Shown: in pieces, positions 42,663-53,192 of the stretch
Layout of the letters: each line of letters opens with the position of its first letter
Position numbering within the stretch: the stretch's first letter is position 1
Source: Opitutales bacterium
GTDB taxonomy: Bacteria > Verrucomicrobiota > Verrucomicrobiia > Opitutales > UBA2987
Assembly (NCBI GenBank): GCA_965226885.1
Contig: CBDDEL010000016.1
Location: 640,001 to 704,000 of the forward strand
DNA length: 64,000 nucleotides
Direction of reading: 5' to 3'
Position numbers and translations under genes: made by a program
Notes under the pieces: model-generated
Seen by the model: the letters and a program-made list of their open reading frames with translations, nothing else
Database searches by the model: none
Told to the model about the DNA's origin: nothing

Positions 42663-44227
42663 TGAGTATGCCGATCGATCCTCCGCCATTCGAAGTTTTC
42701 TCTGGCCACCGCGAACCGGCTTCCTACCGCGATCCACTCATTCCCATCTATAAAGGCAATCCCCTGATTGAAGCGCTTCCCCCAATCCTCAGTCCGGACG
42801 AGATCTGCCGCGCTCTGGCAAGTTATCCTGAGTATTCAGATGCAGATCGAAGTTATCCGGGACATTTGCGTCTACACATGATTTCAAATACGCTCCAATT
42901 CTTCGCTCCACTGTCCATCCATATTGATTTGGAACAACGAATTTCGCGAATGATCCGCTCCGGTTACCAGGCCCGAAATCCATTGGCACGGAATCATTGG
43001 AAAGAGCTGGATGGTCGAGTTCAGGCAATTCGCCAGTCATCAATACCAAAACCTGTTTATCGATCAACTGCCACCGGCTTTGCAATCATCGGAATTTCAG
43101 GTGAGGGTAAGACAATTGCCATGGAGCAAAATCTGAATCTTTACCCGCAAGTTATTGACCACAGCAGTTATCACGATATTTCGTTTAACCGTACCCAGGT
43201 CGTATGGCTTAAGTTGGCTTGCCCGTTTGATGGCTCGATCAAAGGACTCTGCCTTAATTTTTTTCAATCGTTGGATTTCATTCTCGGAACCGACTATTAT
43301 CACGAATATTCCAGTAGCCGGAGAAAGACAGTTGATGAGCTTCTACCCGCCATGTCGCGAATCGCGTCGATCCATTCTATCGGCGTGCTCGTAATTGACG
43401 AAATCCAACATTTGTGTGTAAGCAAGTCCGGCGGTGCGGAGAAAATGCTGAATTTCTTCGTCCAGCTGATCAACACCATCGGATTGCCCGTCGTTCTTAT
43501 CGGCACATATAAGGCCGAGCCCATGCTGTCCGCTGAATTTCGTCAGATTCGCCGCGGTTCTGGCCAGGGAGAAATGCGCTGGGACCGGATGCGCAATGAC
43601 GAGGAGTGGCGGTATTTTCTGAAAGCCTTATGGCGTTACCAGTACACGCGAGAAGTCGTCCCGCTAACCGAGGAACTCGGTTGCGCATTGTATGAGGAAT
43701 GCCAGGGAATATTGGATCTCGCGGTCAAGATGTACATGCTGGCGCAGGTTAGGGCAATTACCACCGAAAAAGAACGCGTAACGCCCGGGATAATCCGTTC
43801 GGTGGCCATTGATTCTTTCAAAATGGCTCAACCCGTTTTGAAAGCCCTCCGTACCGGAGACACCATGGCCCTGCGCTTATTAAATGATGTTTATCCGGTT
43901 GAAATCGACCGTGAAATTCAGAGGGAACAACAAAATGTTGCGACTACTAGAGCAATAGCATCAGCCAGTCCAAACGGATCCCATACAGCCAGAAACCCGG
44001 TCCAAACCGAAACCTCAAGTGCTCGCCCCGAATCACCAGTTAACCGTTCTCCCAAGAAGCCTCGACGCATATCCAAACGCGCCAAGCGAAAGAAAAAGCC
44101 CGTTCCGCCAGGTAGTCTAATGGCGATTGTAGCCGACGGCGAAGCAGAAGGTTTATCTCCATTCGACGCGTTGAAAGCAAACGGCTTCATCAAATCAGCA
44201 ATTGAATTCCTCGACGACGTGGCATGA
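42650..44227 (+). CDS. tnsC: TnsC AAA+ regulator (intact)
   Basis: GNPLIEALP, GYQARNP, Walker A GISGEGKT, Walker B LVIDEIQ, RQIRR; Lys-rich linker and C-terminal FDALKANGFIK resembling the TnsA-interacting tail. Confidence 0.93.
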   Translation: MEKIVSMPIDPPPFEVFSGHREPASYRDPLIPIYKGNPLIEALPPILSPDEICRALASYPEYSDADRSYPGHLRLHMISNTLQFFAPLSIHIDLEQRISRMIRSGYQARNPLARNHWKELDGRVQAIRQSSIPKPVYRSTATGFAIIGISGEGKTIAMEQNLNLYPQVIDHSSYHDISFNRTQVVWLKLACPFDGSIKGLCLNFFQSLDFILGTDYYHEYSSSRRKTVDELLPAMSRIASIHSIGVLVIDEIQHLCVSKSGGAEKMLNFFVQLINTIGLPVVLIGTYKAEPMLSAEFRQIRRGSGQGEMRWDRMRNDEEWRYFLKALWRYQYTREVVPLTEELGCALYEECQGILDLAVKMYMLAQVRAITTEKERVTPGIIRSVAIDSFKMAQPVLKALRTGDTMALRLLNDVYPVEIDREIQREQQNVATTRAIASASPNGSHTARNPVQTETSSARPESPVNRSPKKPRRISKRAKRKKKPVPPGSLMAIVADGEAEGLSPFDALKANGFIKSAIEFLDDVA

Positions 44228-46199
44228 TAGGATACTTCCCAAGCCCTTACCCCGACGAGCTATTCTACAGCGTCTGCGCACGCTTTGGCGATCGGATGCA
44301 ATTCCCCACCACCGGCGGGGTAATGCATGCGCTGTTCGGACGTCGCCATGCCGTGGCCGTTGTCGATCTGCCTAACCATCTGAAACAAATCGTAACCTCG
44401 CTTCCTCCGGGTAACCCCTACACCGTTGAAGGTATCATTTCAAATCACACCCTCTTCCCGTATTACGCGCCATTCATCAACTCGAACGCGAGGGAGTCCA
44501 TTCGAGGGTTCATGCGAACAAGTGATGATGCCTCCGTACGCGCACGGTGCGGTATCTGCACCAATCGCGTAAAGCCGCCCCGACATTTCCGATCCTGCCC
44601 CCTTTGCGACGCTGAAAACCTGGAAAAATACGATGAAACGTATTGGCACCGGCTCTTTCAGGTAACCGGTGTCGAGATTTGTCCGAGACACGAAATCATT
44701 CTCAATACCTCCGACATCCGCTTTCATCCCCAAGCCACTCGGCACCGATTCTTTTCAGCGGAAACCGCTGGACTGATGACCGCGACGAAGTCGATCGCTC
44801 CCACCGATTCCATCCAACAAGTCTTATTGCAACTGGCCAAAGACATCGAATGGATTTTGTCCCATCCCGATTTAGTTTCCGACCTGGATTCCATTCGTAA
44901 TCGCTACGTCGAACTGTTGCAACAGCGATCACTGGCGACAAAAAGCGGATACATCCGCCTCCGTGAGTTGATTTCCCAATTCCGGGCGCACTTCTCACCG
45001 GAAATATTGGATTTGCTTCAGTCTCCCGTACCCCAGGACAAGTCCAATGTCTGGCTCGCCCGTATGCTGAGACCTTCGAGAAACATGATGGCTCCATTGC
45101 GCCACCTGCTTTTGATGAATTTTCTGCAGGTCTCCCCAGAACATTTCTTTTACCCCGACCGCGCCCGTTCATTGGGAACGGCGAGGCGAGAAAAAAAGGG
45201 TCCATGGCTATGCTTGAATCGCGTCTGTCGGCATTTCAAGCAACCGGCCATCACGAAATATGAGCTCCAATACGATCGCAAACGGCGCATTGACATCGGC
45301 ATTTTCACATGTCCTGAATGCGCATACACTTATGGCCTGCACCATTGGGAGAAACCGGCAGTCAAACCAGATTTTGTCCGCACTCGCGGGAAGAGGTGGG
45401 ATGTACGATTGAAGGAGCTATGGCGCGACAAACGCCTCACACTGCGTCAGATCGCCGCCACCCTCGGCGTTGACCCGAAAACAGTCAAACAGCACGCTCA
45501 TTTTCAAGAATTGTCCTTTCCACGCCCGGGGGTTCGCCCGACCAAGAGAGAGGGAATCTATACGCCTCGGGCGCGAAAGAAATATACGCCTCGGGCGCGA
45601 AAGAAAGGGCGCGAAAGAAAACTTATACGGTAAAATCCCAGCGCGCCGCCTGGTTAAACCTGCGCAAAGCAAATCCGGACAAGGGTACGAAACAGCTTCG
45701 AACCATCGACCGCGGGATCTACTCTTGGTTATACCAGCATGACCGCACCTGGCTGAAAACCCACTTGCCACCGCACGCTCAGACCTTCTCTCCTCGATCA
45801 ATGGTCGACTGGGCCGCGCGCGACGAAAAACTCGTCATCAAGGTTGAAAAAATTGCCCAAATTGCCCGTCAGCTAAGCATCCGCCCCGGAAAACTCCGCC
45901 GTATCACCCGTAATGCAATCGGGCGAGAAATGGGAGACTGCGCTCTCCTCTCAAATGCCCTGCACAAAATGCCGCTCACCAAGGCGATGATTGAAACAGT
46001 CACCGAAACCTCGGAGACATTCGCCATCAGACGGATTCACCGCGCCGCTCAGCAATGTAACGGGACAAACGGCAAACTCGAGCGCTGGGAACTCGTCCGC
46101 GCCGCAGGTCTGCGCAAGGTGATCGAACTCCTGCCAACCGTGCAGGCCGCTCTGGAGGATGCATTGGCGCGTAGGGCCGGTAATCTCAGTTTAAACTAG
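44224..46199 (+). pseudogene. tnsD: TniQ/TnsD target selector, frameshifted by nested 24-bp and 14-bp duplications
   Basis: PYPDELFYS..AR, CPLC..YWHR..Q..GV..CP.H, PLRHLLL, second Cys cluster CLNRVC..CPEC, HTH, then YSWLYQHDRTWL..DW..RD in the shifted frame. Confidence 0.9.
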
Positions 46200-46495
46200 A
46201 GGCTGTCCCAGATTTGTAAGCAATTGGTATTTAGATACTTAAAGTCTATAAAAAACTGTTAACTTGACCGTTTTTAGACGATTTTCAGAAAAAAAGACCT
46301 CTATAACGACTTCATCCGCCTAAGAAGATGCAATGTTTGTTGCCATTATACCAAATTTTGCTTCCTGACGCGATCATGTTTATTACTAAAAGATGCCTTA
46401 TACAGCGCTTTTTGACGGGGTTGATGATTTACGCTCTCTTCCAATGCTGGGTCGAATATCTCATTTCTCAAAAATCACCCTTTGGGGACAGCCTC
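46199..46495. mobile_element. 297-bp non-autonomous MITE-like element with the ISNCY-type TIRs
   Basis: Ends GAGGCTGTCCCA ... AAAATCACCCTTTGGGGACAGCCTC match the ends of the elements at 30093 and 36189; AT-rich interior with no ORF in the track. Confidence 0.8.
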
Positions 46496-48718
46496 TAAAT
46501 TACAGCGGGCACGAAGAAGCCAGCGATCTGGGGGAGATCGGGACCGAGGCAGCAAAACCAAAGGAATGATCGTACACGATACGATGGCCTTTGATACGGA
46601 GGGATTGGCCCTGGGGCTGTTGGATGTGCAAAGCTGGGTGAGAGATCTCCAAGAGCCTCAAAAAGCGCAGAGAAAGAACAAGCCCCTCGAAGAGAAGGAG
46701 AGTTACAAATGGCTGCGCAGTTACGATGCGGTGGTGCAGGCGCAAAAGCAGGATGCGGGGAAGTTGTGGGTGAGCGTAGGGGATCGAGAAGCCGATATCT
46801 ATGAGCTCTTTGCCCATGCCCAAAAACAGGGAGAAGAGGGACCGAAGCTCTTAGCCCGGATATTTCGTAAAAAAAGTATCGTTGATATGCTTAACTGCTG
46901 ATATACAGCAGGATAGATCAATAATTAAAGCAATATCAGCGATGACAAAAGGTAAACAATTAAAGCTACAGTTGACAAGGGTAAAAGGCCGCCGTGTGCG
47001 GGTTGATTTCAAGGGCGGAGAGGTTACTTCGGATGCCGGACTGCTTTTGATCCGGGAAGTGGATCGGCAGTTGGGCTTGACCGAACGAGCGGCCCGACAG
47101 TTAGTGGACAAACGGCAGAAGGGCAAAGTACGCCATGAGGTCTTGGGGATGCTGCGGCAGCGCGTTTACGGGCTGGTGGCGGGCTATGAGGATTTGAACG
47201 ACTTTGATACCCTGCGCCACGATCCATTGTTGCAAACGGTAACGGGGCGCATTGAAACGTTGGCCAGCGCGCCGACTTTGTGTCGTTTTGAAAACGGGCA
47301 GGATCGGCGGGCGGCCTTTGCGGTAAACGAGCTGTTGGTCGAACAGTTCATGGGCTCCTTTGCCGAGGAACCCGAAGAGATCATCCTGGACTTTGACGCC
47401 ACCGACAATCCGGTGCACGGGCTCCAGGAGGGACGTTTTTTCCACGGTTATTATGATCATTACTGTTTTCTGCCGCTATATGTTTTTTGCGGTGATCAGC
47501 TGCTGGTGGCCTACCTGCGGCCGAGCAAGATCGATGCCAGCAAGCATGCCGGGGCCATCCTCAAATTGCTGGTTAAACGGATTCGCCAAAGCTGGCCCCG
47601 TACGCGGATTATTTGGCGCGCCGACAGTGGATTTTGTCGAGACCGGATACTCTCTTGGTGCGACCGCAACGAAGTTAGTTACATCGTGGGGATGGCTCGC
47701 AATGCACGCTTGCAGCAAGACGCCCAGCAGTTGCAAAAGCAGGCCAAAGAATGGTTCGAACTAAGGGGTAAAAAACAACGGTTATTCCAGGACTTCGTCT
47801 ATGCTGCCGATTCGTGGCGATGGCTGCGGTTGGTCATCCATAAAGCCGAACACACCGCACAGGGGTCCAACCCGCGCTTCGTGGTGACGAACCTGCCGGG
47901 CGATCCCCAGGAGCTTTACGACAAGGTATACTGTGGCCGCGGTGAAATGGAGAACCGAATCAAGGAACAGATGCAATTGTTCAGCGAGCGCACCAGCGCC
48001 CATCAATGGTGGGCCAATCAGTGGCGATTGCTCTTGTCGGCGCTGGCCTACACCTTGATGGAAGCCATGCGCCGGTTAGCCTTAAAAGGGACGAAGTGGC
48101 CGCGGGCCCAATGCCACACCCTGCGGCTCAAATTAATCAAGATCGGAGCGGTCATCGTGCGCAACACCCGAACGATTCACTTTCACCTAAGTGAGAGTTA
48201 TCCTTGGGCCAGTCTTTTCAACCATGCGGCCCGCCGATTGGTGCCAACCTAAAGGGTGCATTGGTGCTGCCCCCGGCACTACCGAACCAATGGGGGAAAG
48301 GGGGCAGTGTCTCTACACCCTGAAAAACACCTAAAAATCAAGACGATCTGCTCAAAATACAAAGAAATCCATCTCCAATAGCAATAACGAGCCAAACTTT
48401 ACCCTTCATGAAATATCCGGGTTAGTGCCCGCGACCCATAATCGCATTCTCAAAGAAGAGCAGGAAAAGCTCTGGGAGAGCCTGCAGAAGGAGGAGGTGG
48501 CGGGAACCCTACAGGTGCAAGTACCTCGAAAACCCGGACAGCCAAAGCGACGGGCCAGCCTGCAGATCCGCTATAAACAGGTCCTCCTGCAGGACCCGTG
48601 CAGGGGCGCGGGCAGAGCGTGCCAGTGTGGGCCGTCTATGCCCATGAAAACAATCCCCCCAAAGGGTGCAAGGCGCTTTCGTGGATGCTCCTCACCACGG
48701 TGCCTGTAAACGGTTTAG
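46496..48718 (+). pseudogene. IS4-family (IS50-like) transposase remnant, truncated at both ends and split by IS1380
   Basis: NYSGH, KGMIVHDT, EEKESYKWL, VGDREADIYELF; after the IS, HNR..VQVPRK and LSWMLLTTVPV; additional frameshifts. Confidence 0.85.
46855..48421 (+). mobile_element. IS1380 variant A copy 3 (transposase 46942..48252)
   Basis: 1567 bp, TIRs, target duplication TTAG. Confidence 0.96.
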
Positions 48719-50285
48719 CCCGGAAATTTCATAAAAAAAGTATCGCTGATATGCTTATCTGCTGATATACAGCAGGATAGATTAAACATTAAAGCAATAT
48801 CAGCGATGACAAAAAGTAAACAATTAGAACTACAGTTGACAAGGGTAAAAGGCCGCCGTGTGCGGGTTGATTTTAAGGGCGGTGAGGTTACTTCGGATGC
48901 CGGGCTGCTTTTGATCCGGGAAGTGGATCGGCGGTTGGGCTTGACCGAGCAAGCGGCCCGGCAATTAGTAGACAAACGGCAGAAGGGCAAAGTGCGCCAT
49001 GAGATGCTGGCCATGATCCGGCAGCGCGTTTACGGGCTGGTGGCGGGCTATGAGGATTTGAACGACTTTGACACCCTGCGCCGCGATCCTTTGTTGCAAA
49101 CGGTAACGGGGCGCACTGAAGCGTTGGCCAGCGCGCCGACTTTGTGTCGTTTTGAAAACGGGCAGGATCGGCGGGCAGCCTTTGCCCTGAACGAGTTGCT
49201 GGTCGAACAGTTCATCGGATCCTTTGCCGAGGAACCCGAAGAGATCATCCTAGACTTTGACGCCACCGACAATCCGGTGCACGGGCTCCAGGAGGGACGT
49301 TTTTTCCACGGTTATTATGATCATTACTGTTTTTTGCCGCTGTATGTTTTTTGCGGCGATCAGCTTCTGGTGGCCTACCTGCGGCCCAGCAAGATCGATG
49401 CGAGCAAGCATGCCGGGGCCATCCTCAAATTGCTGGTTAAACGGATTCGCCAAAGCTGGCCCCATACGCGGATTATTTGGCGTGCCGACAGCGGATTCTG
49501 CCGGGATCGGATTCTCTCGTGGTGCGAGCGCAACGAGGTTTATTTTATAGTGGGAACGGCCCGCCATGCACGCTTGCAGCAAGCGGCCCGGCAGTTGCAG
49601 GAGCAAGCCAAACAATGGTTCGAGGGTAGCGGCAAAAAGCAACGGCTGTTTCAGCACTTCGAGTATGGGCCAAAATCGTGGCGGCGCCAACGCCTTATCA
49701 TCCACAAAGCCGAACACACCGCACAGGGGTCCAACCCGCGCTTCGTGGTGACGAACCTGCAGGGCGATCCCCAAGAGCTTTACGACAAAGTATACTGTGG
49801 CCGCGGTGAGATGGAGAACCGGATCAAGGAACAGATGCAATTGTTCAGCGAACACACCAGCGCGCATAAATGGTGGGCCAACCAGTGGCGATTGCTCTTG
49901 TCGGGGCTGGCCTACACCTTGATGGAAGCCTTGCGCCGGTTCGCATTAAAAGGGACGAAGTGGGCGCGGCTCCAATGCCACAGTCTACGGCTAAAATTAA
50001 TCAAGATCGGAGCGGTAATCGTGCGCAACACCCGAACGATTCACTTTCATCTAAGTGAAAGTTATCCATGGGCCAGTCTTTTCAACCATGCGGCCCGCCG
50101 GTTGGTGCCAACCTAAAGGGCGCATTGGCGCTGCCCCCGGCGCTACCGAACCAATGGGGGAAAGGGGGAAGTGTCTCTACACCCTGAAAAACACCTCAAA
50201 ATCAAGACGATCCGCCCAAAATACAAAGAAATCCATCTCCAATAGCAATAACGAGCCAAACTTTACCCTTCATGAAATATCCGGG
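48719..50285 (+). mobile_element. IS1380 variant B copy 4 (transposase 48806..50116)
   Basis: 1567 bp, diverged variant (MTKSKQLEL); flanks TTAG/CTAG do not match. Confidence 0.96.
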
Positions 50286-50962
50286 CTAGCTCGCTCTTAA
50301 TGCTGGGGAACATGCTGGCCAGACCATAGGGGATGGGCCGCGCAATATCCACCTGGTTGCTGCTGACGATGAGGATGTTGGAATTATCCGGGGTGATTTC
50401 CAATACCAGGGCCGGAAACCGGATTTTCTTCCATTCCAAATAGCTTTTCACCCCCCCCCAGGCCATTCAGGGAGCCGACTTCCAGAGTAAGCGGGTAAAC
50501 GCCCCACTCCACTATGCGTTCCTGTATTTTGGCCAGCTCTTCCAGGCTCGCACCGCAAAAAATCAGCTCTTTCTGGGCTTGCAGGTTCTTTTCTGGATCG
50601 AACTCCATGCCATCGACGGCATTGACCACGGCCACTCCGTTTTTGGTCGGATCGATCCGAAACTGTTTGGTCAGCAATTCGATCAGAAATGCGGGATCTT
50701 TGGCTTTGGCGGGCGATTCCAGGGTAGTCCTGCGTATAAATCGCGACTTCGGGTAAATTGAGCAGTGCCCTGACAGGAAACCGCGCGCCTTCACTTCCGC
50801 CAAACCGTGTATAAATTCCTGAATTTCCTCCAATTCGACATCTACGCGGCACTCTTGCAGGCTTTCGATGTGATACGGGGCATTCAGGTTGGAGGTGACG
50901 GCGGCAAGGATAGAAAAATCGCTAACTTCTATAAAGATCCCCTTAGTCTTTGTCACTAGCAT
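50286..50962 (-). pseudogene. PilM/GspL-like pilus or T2SS assembly protein, frameshifted and truncated
   Basis: N-terminal GIFIEVSDFSI and downstream LVLEI...RPIPYG resemble an actin-like PilM fold; frameshift near the C8 run (~50452-50459); cut by IS1380. Confidence 0.55.
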
Positions 50963-51314
50963 TGGATTAGCAGATTGCTGAAACGATTAATTTAATCTGG
51001 AACGTGGGTACTAAAGTTAGCCTGTTGAATCTCAGCAAGTAGCGGTACAAGCATAAATGCTGCCTCTATTAAAAATTCAATGGTTGGGTTTTACAAGCAA
51101 AAAATACTTCTGACCAAGCATTTAGGTGAAAGGCCGCGCGTTTGGGTCTCTTCTACCGCCTCATGCCTCAGAATACCAGTCTGGCCTCAAGACCTGCCTA
51201 ACCCGTTTGCTTCCGCCCTTCGGCAAATGCTTTGCCCTGCGGGCTTTCCAAACCACCCTCCACCCTCCTTGACGGTCCCCAAGGACCGTCTGGGGTATCA
51301 TTAAAAATGCGCCA

Positions 51315-51413
51315 TCAACTCCACGTCCGCTTCTTGTGACGATTCGATTTCATCCGCTTGCGGCGTTTGTGCTTGGCGATTTTGCGAGCTCTTTTTTTTC
51401 TCAGGTTTCCCAT
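51315..51413 (-). CDS. bS22/AURKAIP1-COX24-like small basic protein (32 aa; not in the ORF track)
   Basis: [32 protein letters not shown]; MGxxxKKRxxxxxKxKxRK pattern; directly downstream of rpsT. Confidence 0.8.
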   Translation of the reverse strand: MGNLRKKRARKIAKHKRRKRMKSNRHKKRTWS

Positions 51414-51518
51414 GTATGCTGATTGAATGGATGGCTGGAAGGTAGATTCCGGTCCGAATGGTTTGGATTGTAAATCTATTTACCCTACGGTTTATTTATT
51501 TATTCAAAACTTCGGGGC

Positions 51519-51773
51519 TTATTTAAGTTGTTGAGCGCAGGCGGATTTTTGGCGGCTCGCCTTGTTGGGGTGGATGATGCTTCTCTTGGCCGCCTTGTCC
51601 AGAGCGGACACATAGACCCGGGCCGCCTCTTTGGCCGCCGCCGGATCGTCTCCGCCGCTGACCGAATTCCATTTTTTTTGCAAGGTTTTCAATCGGGTGC
51701 GGACCTGCCGGTTGTGTACCGTGCGCTTGGCGATGCGCCGGGTATCTTTCTTCGATGATTTTAAATTGGCCAT
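51519..51773 (-). CDS. rpsT: 30S ribosomal protein S20
   Basis: MANLKSSKK..N...LDKAAKRSIIHPNKASRQKS. Confidence 0.96.
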   Translation of the reverse strand: MANLKSSKKDTRRIAKRTVHNRQVRTRLKTLQKKWNSVSGGDDPAAAKEAARVYVSALDKAAKRSIIHPNKASRQKSACAQQLK

Positions 51774-52024
51774 AAAATGTTGGTATTGCTACTGTTTTAA
51801 TTAATTGAACTAGGTGGCTCCCTCGCCTGCATAGGCGGGAAAATGGCGGTTGCCTAAAAAATGGAAAAGGGAAAATGGGTCGGCTCCAGCCCCGCTGTCA
51901 ACAAACAAATGCGCTATTCCGTCATCCTTGTGCTAATGGAGCATGCTCGGAGCATGCTCAGGACAATGGAGCGCGGGAACCTAGCTTCATTTTCCATAAA
52001 AAGTAAAAATAGTCGGGCCGGTTT

Positions 52025-52445
<421 letters not shown>

Positions 52446-52636
52446 AACCGGCCCTAAAGTTTTTCCCTGTTGAAAATTGATATTAAATTAAAGAACTGGC
52501 CCCAATCAACTCCCTTTAAAGCAATAGAGCAAGCCCCGAATGGGTATAAAACTTATCCATTTCAAGTACTGCTCTCACATTCTCTTGCCTCGATCCTTTT
52601 TCGCCCACAGTTTCCATCCGGCAGAAACCAATCTAC

Positions 52637-52778
52637 ATGAATAAGCTATGTATCTTTATCGGGTTGGTGGCTGGGTATGCGTTTGGAAGGATTCATGACG
52701 GCGTTGATCCTCAGTTCCGTCGGTTCTATTGCCGGCATCGTCCTGGGCTGGAAAATCAATCGCAAGTATTTTAGTTAA
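52637..52778 (+). pseudogene. Possible small two-helix membrane protein, frameshifted
   Basis: MNKLCIFIGLVAGYAFG, then in another frame GFMTALILSSVGSIAGIVLGWKINRKYFS*. Confidence 0.4.
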
Positions 52779-53192
52779 GCTAAACAAAGGCTGGCGCGAC
52801 GCTGGCGCGACTTGCTAAAATCATGAAAACGGTTGGCCTGATCGGCGGCATGAGCTGGGAATCCACCGCCGTTTACTACCGGCTCATGAATGAAGGCGTG
52901 CAAAAGCGCCTCGGAGGGCTCCACTCCGCTCAAATTCTCATGATCAGTCTGGATTTCGAAAAAATCGAACCCTTGCAAAGTGAAGGCCGTTGGGCGGAGG
53001 CGGCAAAAATATTGATCGACAGCGCAAAACGCCTCGAAGATGCCGGGGCGGATTTTCTGGCTCTATGCACCAACACAATGCACAAACTGACCGGAGAAGT
53101 CGCCGCAGCCGTCAATATCCCGCTCATTCACATTGCCGATGCCACGGCCGAGGCAATCCAATCGGCCGGCATGGAAACCGTCGGCCTTCTAG

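Larger units (their letters stand above)
35296..46199 (+). mobile_element. Tn7-like transposon at the glmS attachment site (defective; distal end not found)
   Basis: Begins TGT 23 bp after the glmS stop; arrayed TnsB sites; xre plus tnsA-tnsB-tnsC-tnsD. Confidence 0.93.

Noticed and set aside
35296..50285. CRISPR-associated transposon (CAST)
   Set aside because: No cas genes or repeat-spacer array; the full-length TnsD and glmS site explain targeting. Cargo is deleted, so the ancestral content is unknown.
51122..51292. Glycine, lysine or c-di-GMP riboswitch, SRP RNA or tmRNA
   Set aside because: Only fragments (GCCGAAGG, GGCAAA) match and the other required motifs are absent; kept as an unassigned candidate RNA.
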